Numbered from the stretch's first letter, positions 47,252 through 56,459 are shown. The stretch: DNA of 64,000 nucleotides from Candidatus Omnitrophota bacterium (GCA_043803685.1 JAZDJU010000037.1:128001-192000); one strand, 5' to 3'. Translations and numbers: made by a program. Notes: generated from the letters alone by a model not told the origin.

Positions 47252-48495
47252 TATTTTAGAATTTTCCTCGCTTCCCCGACTAAATAGAATGATCCGGTGA
47301 TAACAGCGGTCTCTTTCGCCGCCGCAGATCTCTTTAAAAGCCCCAAAGCCTCTTCTATATCATGAGCCGTGAGAATACAATTAAAAAGCCCCTTGGCTTC
47401 CTCGACCAGCATGGCCGCGGACTTCGCTCGATTCCCCGCGATCTCCGTCAGGATCACTTTCGAGAAAAATCCGCTCAATATCTTCAGCATCCCTTGGCTG
47501 TTTTTATCACGCATTGCGCCAAAGACAAGCCAGGGATCCCGGATCTTCATGGCCTTCAAAGAACTTATCAGCTCTTTTACGGAAAGGGGATTATGCGCGC
47601 CGTCCAGGATCAATCGGCTGCCGCCCCGGTAAAAACTTTCCATCCTCCCTTGCCAGTTCCGACATTGTAACCCTTTTCCAGAACGCTCAGGATCGATCGG
47701 AAAGTGAAACCGTTTCGCCAGGATCTCCGCGGCTTTCAGCGCGGTTCCGGCATTCATCTTTTGAAAATTTCCGGCAAGTCCGAGCGGAAGACCGGAAACA
47801 GGTTTTGCCGTCCACAAGGATCCCCGGTTCGCTCTCACGGCACGGCGGATCACTTCGAACGCTTCCGGGAATTGTTTCCCGGTCACTACATGGGTTTGTG
47901 GTTTGATGATCCCGGCTTTTTCGGCGGCGATCTTGGCAATCGTGTTTCCCAGGAACGCCTCATGATCGAGATGGATCGGCGTCAGGATCACAAGCGACGC
48001 CTTCAGAACATTGGTCGCATCAAGCCGCCCGCCAAGCCCGATCTCGAAGATCCCGACCGCCACACCCCTTTGCGCGAAGACCCAGATCGCAAGAAAAGTC
48101 AGGATCTCAAAATAAGTCAGAATGCCGAGCCGTTCCGGGACGGAATTCTTCCGAAGAAGTTTTTGGATCCAAGAAAGACCTTCTGCCCAGACCTTGGGCG
48201 AAGTCATAGCCCCGCGGACGCGGATACGTTCCCGAGGATCCTCGACATGTGGCGAATGATAGTAGCCGGTCGAAATCCCGTTGGCCTCGAGGATCGACTC
48301 GAGGAAAAATCCCGTGGAGCCTTTGCCCGTGGTTCCGGCGATCAGAACAGGGAAAAACTTTTTCTCCGGATGCCCGCCGATCCGAAGCAGATGCTCCATC
48401 CGCTTGAGATTGAAAAAGGAGTTCTTCGGAAATTGCGCGAGTTTTTCGAGATCGGTGAACGTATTGAGATAACGAAGGGCTTGGGAATAGTTCAT
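47251..48495 (-). CDS. folC: Folylpolyglutamate synthase/dihydrofolate synthase
   Basis: AGTTGKGST, SPH, ERIR, TYFE, EIGLGGRLDATN, EKAGI, LDGAHN, TGSFYLVG. Start reset to MNYSQ. Confidence 0.92.
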   Translation of the reverse strand: MNYSQALRYLNTFTDLEKLAQFPKNSFFNLKRMEHLLRIGGHPEKKFFPVLIAGTTGKGSTGFFLESILEANGISTGYYHSPHVEDPRERIRVRGAMTSPKVWAEGLSWIQKLLRKNSVPERLGILTYFEILTFLAIWVFAQRGVAVGIFEIGLGGRLDATNVLKASLVILTPIHLDHEAFLGNTIAKIAAEKAGIIKPQTHVVTGKQFPEAFEVIRRAVRANRGSLWTAKPVSGLPLGLAGNFQKMNAGTALKAAEILAKRFHFPIDPERSGKGLQCRNWQGRMESFYRGGSRLILDGAHNPLSVKELISSLKAMKIRDPWLVFGAMRDKNSQGMLKILSGFFSKVILTEIAGNRAKSAAMLVEEAKGLFNCILTAHDIEEALGLLKRSAAAKETAVITGSFYLVGEARKILK

Positions 48496-48501
48496 GGGTA
48501 A

Positions 48502-48568
48502 GCCGTACCACGCACCACGATCCACGGGCCACGTAAAAACGTGGCTCGTGGCCCTTGGCTCGTGGCCC
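48502..48568. repeat. Heptamer-repeat hairpin (CCACG/CGTGG arms) between purH and folC
   Basis: cacgcac cacgatc cacgggc cacg-taaaaa-cgtg gctcgtg gcccttg gctcgtg. Close relative of 47186..47251. Confidence 0.8.
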
Positions 48569-48570
48569 TC

Positions 48571-50148
48571 TTAGTGTTTAAAATGCCGCTCGCCGGTGAA
48601 GGCCATGGCGATACCCGCCTGGTCGCACGCCGCGATCACGTCCGCGTCACGGATCGAACCGCCCGGCTGAATGATGGCCTTGATCTTATGCTTGGCCGCG
48701 AACTCGATCGAGTCCGGCATTGGAAAGAACGCGTCGCTTCCGAGCATCGCGCCTTCAGAAAGATACCCGGCCTTTTGCATCGCGATCTGCACCGAATCCA
48801 CGCGCGACATCTGTCCCGCTCCGATACCGACCGTGTGCTTGCCTTGCGTCAGCACAATGGCGTTCGACTTCACGACCTTCGAACACTGGAAAGCGAAGAT
48901 CAGATCCTCAGTCTCCGCGTCGGAAAGCTTGGCTTTTGTCAAAAATCGGAGTTTCTTTTTGAGCTCTTTGATGTGCTCCTTGATGGGGCGATTCTTTTCC
49001 TGCACAAGGATCCCCGTACGCAGGAACTTCACGTCATAAAGGTTCTCATCGCGGAACTGATGGACCTCGATCAGCCGGAGGTTCTTCCGGGCCTTGAGAA
49101 GCTTGAGCGCCCCGGCCTTAAAAGACGGCGCGACCAGCACTTCGAAGAACGCGAGTTTTTCAAGGACCTTTTGAGCGATCTTTGCGTCGCAACAACGATT
49201 CACTCCGACGATCCCGCCGAAGGCCGACAGGATGTCGCCCTCGATCGCTTTTTCGACCGCGACCAGCGCTTGCGAGTCCTGCGCGATCCCGCACGGATTG
49301 TTGTGCTTGATCACGCACGCCGCCGGCGCGTTGAATTCCGCGAGAACGTCCAGCGTCGCGTCCACGTCCATGAGATTATTGAAGGAAAGTTCCTTGCCGT
49401 GAAGCTGGGTCCACGAAGCCTCGGCCTTGTGCGTGGTCGGCACGTAATAAGCGGCCTTCTGATGCGGGTTCTCCCCGTACCGGAGGTCCTGCGCTTTCTT
49501 GAAATGGAAAACGAATTGCGGCGGAAGCACGGCTTCTTCAGTAGACTTTTTCTTGTGTTTGGCCATGTACTGGCTGATCACGGCGTCATAAGCCGAAGTT
49601 TTCTCGAAAACTTTTTGAGAAAGGGCAAAGCGCGTTTCGTCCGTCACGCTTCCTTTGTGCTCATCGAGTTCTTTCGCGACACGTTCATAATCCTGCACGT
49701 CCGTGATCACGGTCACGGCTTCATAATTTTTCGCCGCCGAGCGCAGCATCGAAGGCCCGCCGATATCGATGAACTCTTTGGCCTCGTCCATGCTCAAATT
49801 CCCCTTGCTCGTCGCCTCTTCGAAAGGATAAAGGTTCACGACCACGAGATCGATAGGCTTGATACCGTGCGCCTTGACCTGTTGCTGATGGCTTTTCTTG
49901 TGGCGGAGAAAAAGAAGGCCTCCGTGGATCTTCGGATGGAGGGTCTTCACGCGCCCGTCGAGCATTTCGGGAAATCCAGTGTAATCCTCCACCGCCATCG
50001 CCGGAACCTTGGCTTCTTTGAGAGATTTCAACGTGCCCCCGGTAGAAAGAATTTCCACGCCGTGCTTGCGCAGGGTTTTGGCGAAAGGGATTAGGCCGGT
50101 TTTATCGGAAACGCTAATGAGCGCGCGGCGAACGGTATGACGTGACAT
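48571..50148 (-). CDS. purH: Bifunctional AICAR transformylase/IMP cyclohydrolase
   Basis: RALISVSDK, GRVKTLHP, IDIGGP, LRYGENPHQ, KHNNPCG, GQMSRVDS, SDAFFP, RHFKH. Confidence 0.97.
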   Translation of the reverse strand: MSRHTVRRALISVSDKTGLIPFAKTLRKHGVEILSTGGTLKSLKEAKVPAMAVEDYTGFPEMLDGRVKTLHPKIHGGLLFLRHKKSHQQQVKAHGIKPIDLVVVNLYPFEEATSKGNLSMDEAKEFIDIGGPSMLRSAAKNYEAVTVITDVQDYERVAKELDEHKGSVTDETRFALSQKVFEKTSAYDAVISQYMAKHKKKSTEEAVLPPQFVFHFKKAQDLRYGENPHQKAAYYVPTTHKAEASWTQLHGKELSFNNLMDVDATLDVLAEFNAPAACVIKHNNPCGIAQDSQALVAVEKAIEGDILSAFGGIVGVNRCCDAKIAQKVLEKLAFFEVLVAPSFKAGALKLLKARKNLRLIEVHQFRDENLYDVKFLRTGILVQEKNRPIKEHIKELKKKLRFLTKAKLSDAETEDLIFAFQCSKVVKSNAIVLTQGKHTVGIGAGQMSRVDSVQIAMQKAGYLSEGAMLGSDAFFPMPDSIEFAAKHKIKAIIQPGGSIRDADVIAACDQAGIAMAFTGERHFKH

Positions 50149-51001
50149 CGTGTTGGATCCTCCTTTTAAAAAAACGGTGCAGTTTTAACGTAACAGGACC
50201 GGGTTTTCCGTTGCCGATCGCGCGACCGTCAAGCTCGCGAACCGGTAGAACTTCCCAGGAAGTATTGCAAAGAAAAGCTTCATCCGCGTTGAAAAATTCG
50301 TGCCGGGTGAGCGGGACTTCCCGGACCTTCATCCCGAGCGCGAGGGCGCAGTTTATCACAATCTTCCGGGTCACTCCATTCAAGATTAGGTGTTCCGGTG
50401 GTGTCAGAAGGATCGCTTCACCCCTTTTCACACCCCGGGGGTGTACCGTTTCACACCTCCGGGGTGCGGAACGGTATTTTACGATGAAAAAGTTCCCGAC
50501 CCGGGTTTCTGTGAGCCCGCCTCCCTGCTCCAGAAAGATCCACTCATAGATCTTGTCCGGATGCGGCTCGGTCGTAGCCAGGATCGCCTGCTGATAGACC
50601 GACGCTTTGGCCTGCCAGGGAAAGGTGTTCGGCCCTCCGCGCGGAAAAGAGGCCATCTTGAGCGCCACACCCTTTTCGTAAAGCTCTTTCGAGTGCTCTC
50701 GTGAACCGAGGATCACGAAAGTGCTTCCCTCCCACAAAGTCAGCCGGACATAACATTCTCTTTCGCCGGAAGCCTTGAACGCCGCTCTCATTTCCCGTCG
50801 AAGTTTCGCGGCATCCGGAAAGGGCTTGTAGCCCACGGTCCTTGCGGACTCCAAAAGCCGGGAAAGATGTTCTTCCACGTGAAGGACTTTGCCGCCATAA
50901 GCGCGCATGCTTTCAAAAATACCAACAGCCTCCGTTCGCATGAGCGCGAACGGCATCTTTCCTGTCACTTCTTTTCCGTCTTGATAGATCTTGTAGTTCA
51001 T
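50114..51001 (-). CDS. PLP-dependent class IV aminotransferase family protein (PabC/IlvE/Dat-like)
   Basis: GIFESMR, HLSRL, ILNGVTR, ADEAFLCNT, PGPVT. Start reset to MNYKIY. Adjacent to the pabB-like gene. Confidence 0.8.
   Translation of the reverse strand: MNYKIYQDGKEVTGKMPFALMRTEAVGIFESMRAYGGKVLHVEEHLSRLLESARTVGYKPFPDAAKLRREMRAAFKASGERECYVRLTLWEGSTFVILGSREHSKELYEKGVALKMASFPRGGPNTFPWQAKASVYQQAILATTEPHPDKIYEWIFLEQGGGLTETRVGNFFIVKYRSAPRRCETVHPRGVKRGEAILLTPPEHLILNGVTRKIVINCALALGMKVREVPLTRHEFFNADEAFLCNTSWEVLPVRELDGRAIGNGKPGPVTLKLHRFFKRRIQHDVTSYRSPRAH
50427..50470. repeat. Tandem REP-like palindromes inside the aminotransferase gene
   Basis: ttcacaccccgggggtgt followed by ttcacacctccggggtgc. 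Confidence 0.65.
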
Positions 51002-51009
51002 AATTTCGC

Positions 51010-52491
51010 TCAACGTTCTACGGGCAACGCACAACGCGAAAAACGGGCTTGGTTCTTTTCGTTGAGCGTTGCGCTTTGCTCGTTGCGCCTAGTGTCAGCT
51101 TCCCGAAGCGCCTGGATCAACGCTTCCGCCTTGTGAAGCGTCTCTTCATATTCTTTCTCAGGATCCGAATCGTGCACGATCCCTGCGCCTACCTGAAGAT
51201 GACCTTTCCCGTTCTTTAAAAGAAGGGTCCGGATCACAATGTTCAGGTCCATATCGCCGTAACGATCGATATATCCCAAAGAGCCGGTATAAAGGCCACG
51301 CCGCACAGGTTCGAGCTCATCAATGATCTCCATGCAACGGATCTTGGGACATCCCGTGATCGTCCCGCCCGGGAACACCGCGCGGATCAGATCCAGCACG
51401 TCCTTGCCTTTTTTGAGTCGTCCCGTGACCCTGGAAACCAGGTGCACCACGTGGGAATACTTCTCAAGCGTCATGAACTCTTCGACCTTCACGGAACGGT
51501 AACCGCAAACGCGCCCGAGATCATTGCGCTCAAGGTCCACGAGCATCAAATGCTCGGCCCTTTCTTTTTCATTTCGAAGAAGTCTCTTGCGCCATTCAGA
51601 AAGCTTGCCTGAGGAGCCGCGAGCCGGACACGTTCCCGCGATCGGACGCGTCTCGCAAAGATCGCCTTTTTTCCGGATCAATCGCTCCGGAGACGAACTG
51701 ACGACCTCGAGCTCCCGTGTTTTCAGAAAACAGGAAAAAGGAGACGGGTTGATCGCTCGAAGTTTTCCGTACAGCGCGAGAGAGGACCCGCCATATCCAA
51801 AAGAAAAACGCTGGGACAGATTCGCCTGATAAATATCCCCGGCCGCAATGTACTCCTTGGCTTTTCTCACCATGCGCGTGAACCGCCCTTGGGTCATTTC
51901 CGCCGCAAACTTTTTCAGTTTAAAAGGACGCGCCGACCGCGCCGAAGATTCCGCAAAATAACTTTTGAGTTTTTTTACTCCCCGCTCCACACTCTGCGCT
52001 CCATGCCCGTTTATCACAAGGTGATAAACGCGTTTCTGCTGGTCGTACACGATCACGTTCCGGAAAAGCCCGAAATAAAGACGCGGCATGTCCGGCGCGA
52101 GCTTGGCTCTGAATTGGATTTTGTCGCAAAGATCCGCGGTCTCATAACCGAAATAGCCGATGAACCCTCCGGTGAAAAAGGGGTGCGGATTCCGTCCGCG
52201 AATCTGATGCTTTTTGAGGATGTTTTTGAACGCGGGGAAAAATTTTTCGGCAGGATATTTTTCGCGCCGCTCGCCTTCCACAAGAACGGTCTTCTCATCC
52301 AGCCGGATCTCAAGATCGGGATCCATTCCGATGTACGAATAAAGATTCGAACGGCCCTGCCCCTTGAGATACCGCGTTCGATCCGAGTCAGGACTGTCTA
52401 AAAAAAAACAGGCCTTGGAATTCGCGTGGACCGCTTGAAAAATTTCCCAGGGAGTCTTGGAAGAACGGAGACTTTCGATCACAAAAGACAT
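51010..52491 (-). CDS. pabB: Chorismate-binding MST enzyme, aminodeoxychorismate/anthranilate synthase component I
   Basis: FFLDS, GGFIGYFGYE, GDIYQANLS, SSSPE, RPIAGT, EHLMLVDLERNDL, FPGGTITGCPK. Folate-gene context favours pabB over trpE. Confidence 0.7.
   Translation of the reverse strand: MSFVIESLRSSKTPWEIFQAVHANSKACFFLDSPDSDRTRYLKGQGRSNLYSYIGMDPDLEIRLDEKTVLVEGERREKYPAEKFFPAFKNILKKHQIRGRNPHPFFTGGFIGYFGYETADLCDKIQFRAKLAPDMPRLYFGLFRNVIVYDQQKRVYHLVINGHGAQSVERGVKKLKSYFAESSARSARPFKLKKFAAEMTQGRFTRMVRKAKEYIAAGDIYQANLSQRFSFGYGGSSLALYGKLRAINPSPFSCFLKTRELEVVSSSPERLIRKKGDLCETRPIAGTCPARGSSGKLSEWRKRLLRNEKERAEHLMLVDLERNDLGRVCGYRSVKVEEFMTLEKYSHVVHLVSRVTGRLKKGKDVLDLIRAVFPGGTITGCPKIRCMEIIDELEPVRRGLYTGSLGYIDRYGDMDLNIVIRTLLLKNGKGHLQVGAGIVHDSDPEKEYEETLHKAEALIQALREADTRRNEQSATLNEKNQARFSRCALPVER
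51011..51088. repeat. Heptamer-repeat hairpin (CAACG/CGTTG arms) occupying the 3' end of pabB
   Basis: caacgtt ctacggg caacgca caacgcg ... gttgagc gttgcgc tttgctc gttgcgc. Confidence 0.75.
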
Positions 52492-52533
52492 AAGGCCCCC
52501 GAAAAAGGGCTGAGGACTTCGCGCGTTTTGGAA

Positions 52534-53868
52534 TTATTCCTGATGCGAATAAAAAACAAGCCCTGTCGCGAGCTTGGGATAGAAATAGGTGGACTTTTGC
52601 GGCATCCGCTCGTTCACAGCGCCCATTTTTTCGAGCATGTCGACCCTGGGAGGTTGTAAAAGAAAAACGGCCTGGGCTTCGCCTGTCTTGAGAGGTGCGA
52701 CGGCCCCTTCGACCGTATGTTCGAACTTAAGCACCGACTCCCACTGTTCTTCCTTAAGACCCAACAGTTCGGAAAAGATCAAGTGGGCTAGCACATTCAC
52801 GTTCAGATCGTACCAAACCTCGGGCTTGCCCTGCACCATCCGGGCCTTCGCCTTTTCCTTGTCGATCATGGTCAGAAGAAAACAACCTTCCTCAAGGACT
52901 AACCCGAAGATCTTTCCTTCTTGATCATAGGAAAGCGTCATCTCTTTGAGCTTCGCGAGAGAAACCTCTTCCACCTTGAAATATTCTCCGAGACGACGGA
53001 TCACGTCACCGCCCGTCATGCCAAGCTTTGTCACGATCCGGTGCGTTGGCAGCACGATGAACCCCGGATCATCAAAACTCACAAGTGCCATATACATATA
53101 ATCGAAGGGAAAAAGCACGAGATCCGACGAGCGGTGCTCTTCCCGCTGTTGTTTGGCATATTCAAGCGCGGTCTCGTAACGATGGTGACCGTCCGCGATA
53201 TAAACCTTTTTATTCCGCAGGATCTTATGAAGCTTCGTGAGAATGTCCTGGTCCTCGATCGCCCAAAGGGTGTGCCCGATCTTATCTTCATCCTCGGCCT
53301 CGAAGATGGGATTCGAGTTCATAGGATCCTGGATGATGCTCCGGATCTCGTACCCGTTATCTTTGTAAAGACCGAAAGCGGGAGAAAAATTGGTCTTGAC
53401 CGTCCGGAGGAGCTTCATGCGATCTTCTTTAGGTCCACGGAGCGTCTTCTCGTGAGGAACGATGATCCCTTTTTCGAAAGGCTCAAGCCGTACACGGCCC
53501 AGCAACGCGAACCGGTTCTTGACCGCCTCGGTCACGGGATCTTTGAAGGTCTGCCGGTACACGTAATAACAAGGTTCCTGCTCCTGAACAAGAATGCCTT
53601 TCCGTTGCCACTCGAGGAACACGTCGCGCGCCCGCGTATAGGCATTGTTCTGCTCCGTATCCGCGGGATCCTTCTTGTTAAGGATGAGACGGATGCTGTT
53701 GAACGGCGAATTCTCGTAAAGTTTATATTGCTTTTCAACGGAGATGACGTCGTAGGGAGGCGCTAAAACCGCGGCCATTTTCACGCGTTCGGGGTCGTAA
53801 CGCCAAGCCCGGAACGGCTGAAAATCAAGATGCTTTGTGGAATGACGAGAGCCGCGGAAGTCGTTCAT
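52534..53868 (-). CDS. DUF1015 family protein
   Basis: PFRAWRY, APPYDVI, PHEKT, YIADGHHRYETA, LPTHR, MPQKSTYFYPK. Start reset to MNDFRG. Confidence 0.88.
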   Translation of the reverse strand: MNDFRGSRHSTKHLDFQPFRAWRYDPERVKMAAVLAPPYDVISVEKQYKLYENSPFNSIRLILNKKDPADTEQNNAYTRARDVFLEWQRKGILVQEQEPCYYVYRQTFKDPVTEAVKNRFALLGRVRLEPFEKGIIVPHEKTLRGPKEDRMKLLRTVKTNFSPAFGLYKDNGYEIRSIIQDPMNSNPIFEAEDEDKIGHTLWAIEDQDILTKLHKILRNKKVYIADGHHRYETALEYAKQQREEHRSSDLVLFPFDYMYMALVSFDDPGFIVLPTHRIVTKLGMTGGDVIRRLGEYFKVEEVSLAKLKEMTLSYDQEGKIFGLVLEEGCFLLTMIDKEKAKARMVQGKPEVWYDLNVNVLAHLIFSELLGLKEEQWESVLKFEHTVEGAVAPLKTGEAQAVFLLQPPRVDMLEKMGAVNERMPQKSTYFYPKLATGLVFYSHQE

Positions 53869-53877
53869 AGGGGCAGA

Positions 53878-53906
53878 ATGGTAACACAGGGCCTGTTCTT
53901 TGACAA
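53878..53906 (-). promoter_or_regulatory. Sigma70-type promoter TTGTCA-17-TACCAT (with TG extension) directly before the DUF1015 start
   Basis: -35 at 53906-53901, 17-nt spacer, -10 at 53883-53878, ATG 9 nt downstream, no SD sequence. Confidence 0.6.
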
Positions 53907-53922
53907 GAATATCACCGCGCAA

Positions 53923-53976
53923 GGCGTACGGAGTACGGTGTACGGCGAAAAAAATTTCGCGTAACGCCGTACGCAC
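53923..53976. repeat. Heptamer-repeat hairpin (GCGTACG-type)
   Basis: gcgtacg gagtacg gtgtacg gcg ... gccgtac gcac. Same family as 42184..42250. Confidence 0.75.
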
Positions 53977-54006
53977 TGAACAACCGATAAAGCTTCAATG
54001 AAGTTT

Positions 54007-54134
54007 AGTGCTGCCCAAGTCTTTATTTCTTTTCCTTAATGGCGACTTGGACTGCACTGATTTCCGATCCATTTTAATAAAAATCAGGTGCTGTCCCAAT
54101 CAACTCAAAAAAATACGGGAAGATTGGGACGCCT
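54007..54134. repeat. Two REP-like palindromes (CCAAGTC..GACTTGG and GTCCCAATC..GATTGGGAC)
   Basis: Inverted arms at 54007-54058 and 54086-54134. The first is nearly identical to 56467-56507. Confidence 0.7.
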
Positions 54135-54149
54135 TCCGCCGTACAAATT

Positions 54150-54470
54150 TTATTTAACTTTCGCCCCGTCGGAAATGGGACGTTCGGGAACGACCAGGGT
54201 CAACAGAGTAGCATCCGAAGCCGCAAGAAGCATCCCTTGAGATTCGACGCCACGGATGACGGCGGGGTCCAGATTGTCGATAATGACGATCTTCTTCCCC
54301 TTCAACTGCTCCTCGGTATAGTGAGCCCGGATCCCGGCCACGATCTGCTTGCGCACTTCGCCCACCTTAATCCCTAGCACATAGAGACGATCCGCGTTGG
54401 GGTGAGGGGTCACGCTTTCGATCTCGGCCACTTTGATGTCTAATTTCTGGAAATCTTCATAGGAAGCCAT
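54150..54470 (-). CDS. Standalone tRNA-binding OB-fold protein (Trbp111/CsaA/MetRS C-terminal domain)
   Basis: DFQKLDIKV, HPNADRL, QIVAGI, NLDPAVIRGVESQGMLLAA. AAGGAG RBS. Confidence 0.9.
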   Translation of the reverse strand: MASYEDFQKLDIKVAEIESVTPHPNADRLYVLGIKVGEVRKQIVAGIRAHYTEEQLKGKKIVIIDNLDPAVIRGVESQGMLLAASDATLLTLVVPERPISDGAKVK

Positions 54471-54654
54471 CGTTCATCACTCCTTTTTAATGGAAATACA
54501 CTCAGCTCTTGAACAAACTGTCCCAAGCGCTCTTTGAGAAAGGCGGTATTTTATCACAAAAGAAAACCATGCAAAGAACAAACCCTTTAAGGGTTATCGG
54601 ACGCATCCTTCGTAACTTCCGCTACCCATAATGCTTAGGAACACCTTGTTTCCC

Positions 54655-54682
54655 TTGATTTTCGAAGGCTTACTGCTATGAT
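54655..54682 (+). promoter_or_regulatory. Candidate promoter for the ino1 operon (TTGATT-16-TATGAT, extended -10)
   Basis: Located in the divergent intergenic gap. GGGAGG RBS before ATG 54741. Confidence 0.5.
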
Positions 54683-54740
54683 ATCTCGCCGTCATCTAAA
54701 AAACCCATCGTCTTCATATTAAATCAACCGGGAGGAATTC

Positions 54741-55856
54741 ATGGGAAAGATCAAGATCGCTATCGCCGGCGTCGGTAATTGCGCGGCTTCGCTTGTGCAA
54801 GGGATCGAGCATTATCGAGCCATTGCCAGCCGGAAACCTGAGAAGAATAAACCCATCGAGCACCTGGGTCTCATGAATTATGACATGGGCGGTTATCTCC
54901 CCCAGGACATCGAGGTCGTAGCGGCCTTCGACATCGACAAGCGCAAAGTGGGCGAACGCCTGGATATCGCGCTTGCCGCAAAACCGAATTGCGTCTGGTC
55001 TATCGGCCCTCTCCCGAAAAGCAAGATCAAGGTCGAGATGGGCAACATTCTGGATGGAGTCTCTGAGCACATGAGCGGTTATAAAGATGACCGCACCTTC
55101 CTCCCTTCCGACAAAAAACCCTGCAACGTCGAAAAGGTTTTGAGAGAGAGCGGCGCGGAGATCCTGATCAACTATCTTCCGGTCGGTTCCCAGAAAGCCA
55201 CCGAATTTTATGCCGAGGCGTGCCTGAAAACAGGCGTGAGCCTCATCAATTGCATGCCGGTCTTCATCGTCTCGAATCCGGCCTGGGCGAAGCGTTTCGA
55301 GGCCAAGCGTATTCCTTGCGTCGGCGATGATATCAAGGCCCAGATTGGCGCGACAGTCACGCACCGCACGCTCGCGAAGCTTTTCATGGACCGCGGCGTC
55401 AAGATCGACCGCACCTATCAGCTGAACACCGGCGGCAACACGGACTTCCTCAACATGCTCAATCGCGCGCGTCTGGAATCCAAGAAGATCTCCAAGACCT
55501 CTGCCGTCCAGAGCCAGCTCGACATTCCACTCGATGAGGACAACATCCACATCGGCCCTTCGGATTATGTTCCCTGGCAAAACGACAACAAGGTCTGTTA
55601 TCTCAGGATCGAGGGCCGCGGCTTTGGCGGTTTTCCTGTCACCGCCGAGATGCGCCTTTCTGTTGAGGACTCTCCCAATAGCGCGGGCTGTTCGATCGAT
55701 GCGATACGCGCCTGCAGGATCGCGCGCGACCGTAAGATCGGCGGACCGCTCATCTCCATGTCGGCCTATACCATGAAGCATCCGCCCAAACAGATCGTGG
55801 ATTACGAAGCCAAGGAGCTTGTCCGCAAGTTCATCCAGGGCACCTGCCCCCGGTAA
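54741..55856 (+). CDS. ino1: myo-inositol-1(3)-phosphate synthase
   Basis: IAGVGNCAASLVQG, NYLPVGS, GDDIKAQIGAT, QLNTGGNTDFLNM, SKKISKT, EDSPNSAG. Confidence 0.93.
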   Translation: MGKIKIAIAGVGNCAASLVQGIEHYRAIASRKPEKNKPIEHLGLMNYDMGGYLPQDIEVVAAFDIDKRKVGERLDIALAAKPNCVWSIGPLPKSKIKVEMGNILDGVSEHMSGYKDDRTFLPSDKKPCNVEKVLRESGAEILINYLPVGSQKATEFYAEACLKTGVSLINCMPVFIVSNPAWAKRFEAKRIPCVGDDIKAQIGATVTHRTLAKLFMDRGVKIDRTYQLNTGGNTDFLNMLNRARLESKKISKTSAVQSQLDIPLDEDNIHIGPSDYVPWQNDNKVCYLRIEGRGFGGFPVTAEMRLSVEDSPNSAGCSIDAIRACRIARDRKIGGPLISMSAYTMKHPPKQIVDYEAKELVRKFIQGTCPR

Positions 55857-55862
55857 CTAGCC

Positions 55863-56459
55863 ATGTCCCTGCGCGAAACCCTTTATCCAAAGGTCGAGCC
55901 GCTCGCCAAACGGATCGTTGCCTTTTTGATCGCGCAAAACATTTCCCCGATGCAGTTGACGCTCGGAGGAGCGGCCCTGAGTCTCCTCACCGGTGTCATC
56001 TACGCCAAAGGATATCTTTTCCTCGGAGGAATCATGCTTTTCATCGCCGGGGCCGCAGATCTCCTCGATGGCCTCCTGGCGCGCTCGACGGGAAAAACCA
56101 GCACCTTCGGCGCGTTCCTGGATTCGGCCGTGGACCGCTACTCCGATTTCTTCGTATTTGCGGGCCTCGCGGCTTACTTTGTTCGTAACGGCGAGATCTT
56201 CTGGTTCTTCGTCACGCTCGGCATCCTTCTCGGATGCTTCGTGGTCAGCTATACCAAGGCGCGCGCCGAAAACTTCATTAAAAATTGCGGCATCGGCATC
56301 TTCGGAAGATCGGAGAGGGTCCTTCTCCTGATCGCGGGTACGCTTGTGGCGCCGCTCCTGAAACTCGTGTTGCTGGTTCTGCTCGTGGGAACACACGTCA
56401 CCGCGATCCAGCGCATTCTCCACACAAAAAAGACCCTCGCCGAAACCCCACAGGGTTAA
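55863..56459 (+). CDS. CDP-alcohol phosphatidyltransferase, likely phosphatidylinositol-phosphate synthase
   Basis: DLLDGLLAR...FGAFLDSAVDRYSD signature, SYTKARAE, GRSER. Directly follows ino1. Confidence 0.85.
   Translation: MSLRETLYPKVEPLAKRIVAFLIAQNISPMQLTLGGAALSLLTGVIYAKGYLFLGGIMLFIAGAADLLDGLLARSTGKTSTFGAFLDSAVDRYSDFFVFAGLAAYFVRNGEIFWFFVTLGILLGCFVVSYTKARAENFIKNCGIGIFGRSERVLLLIAGTLVAPLLKLVLLVLLVGTHVTAIQRILHTKKTLAETPQG

Noticed and set aside
48541..50094. 517-aa plus-strand ORF
   Set aside because: Antisense shadow of purH.
54714..55781. 355-aa minus-strand ORF
   Set aside because: Antisense shadow of ino1.
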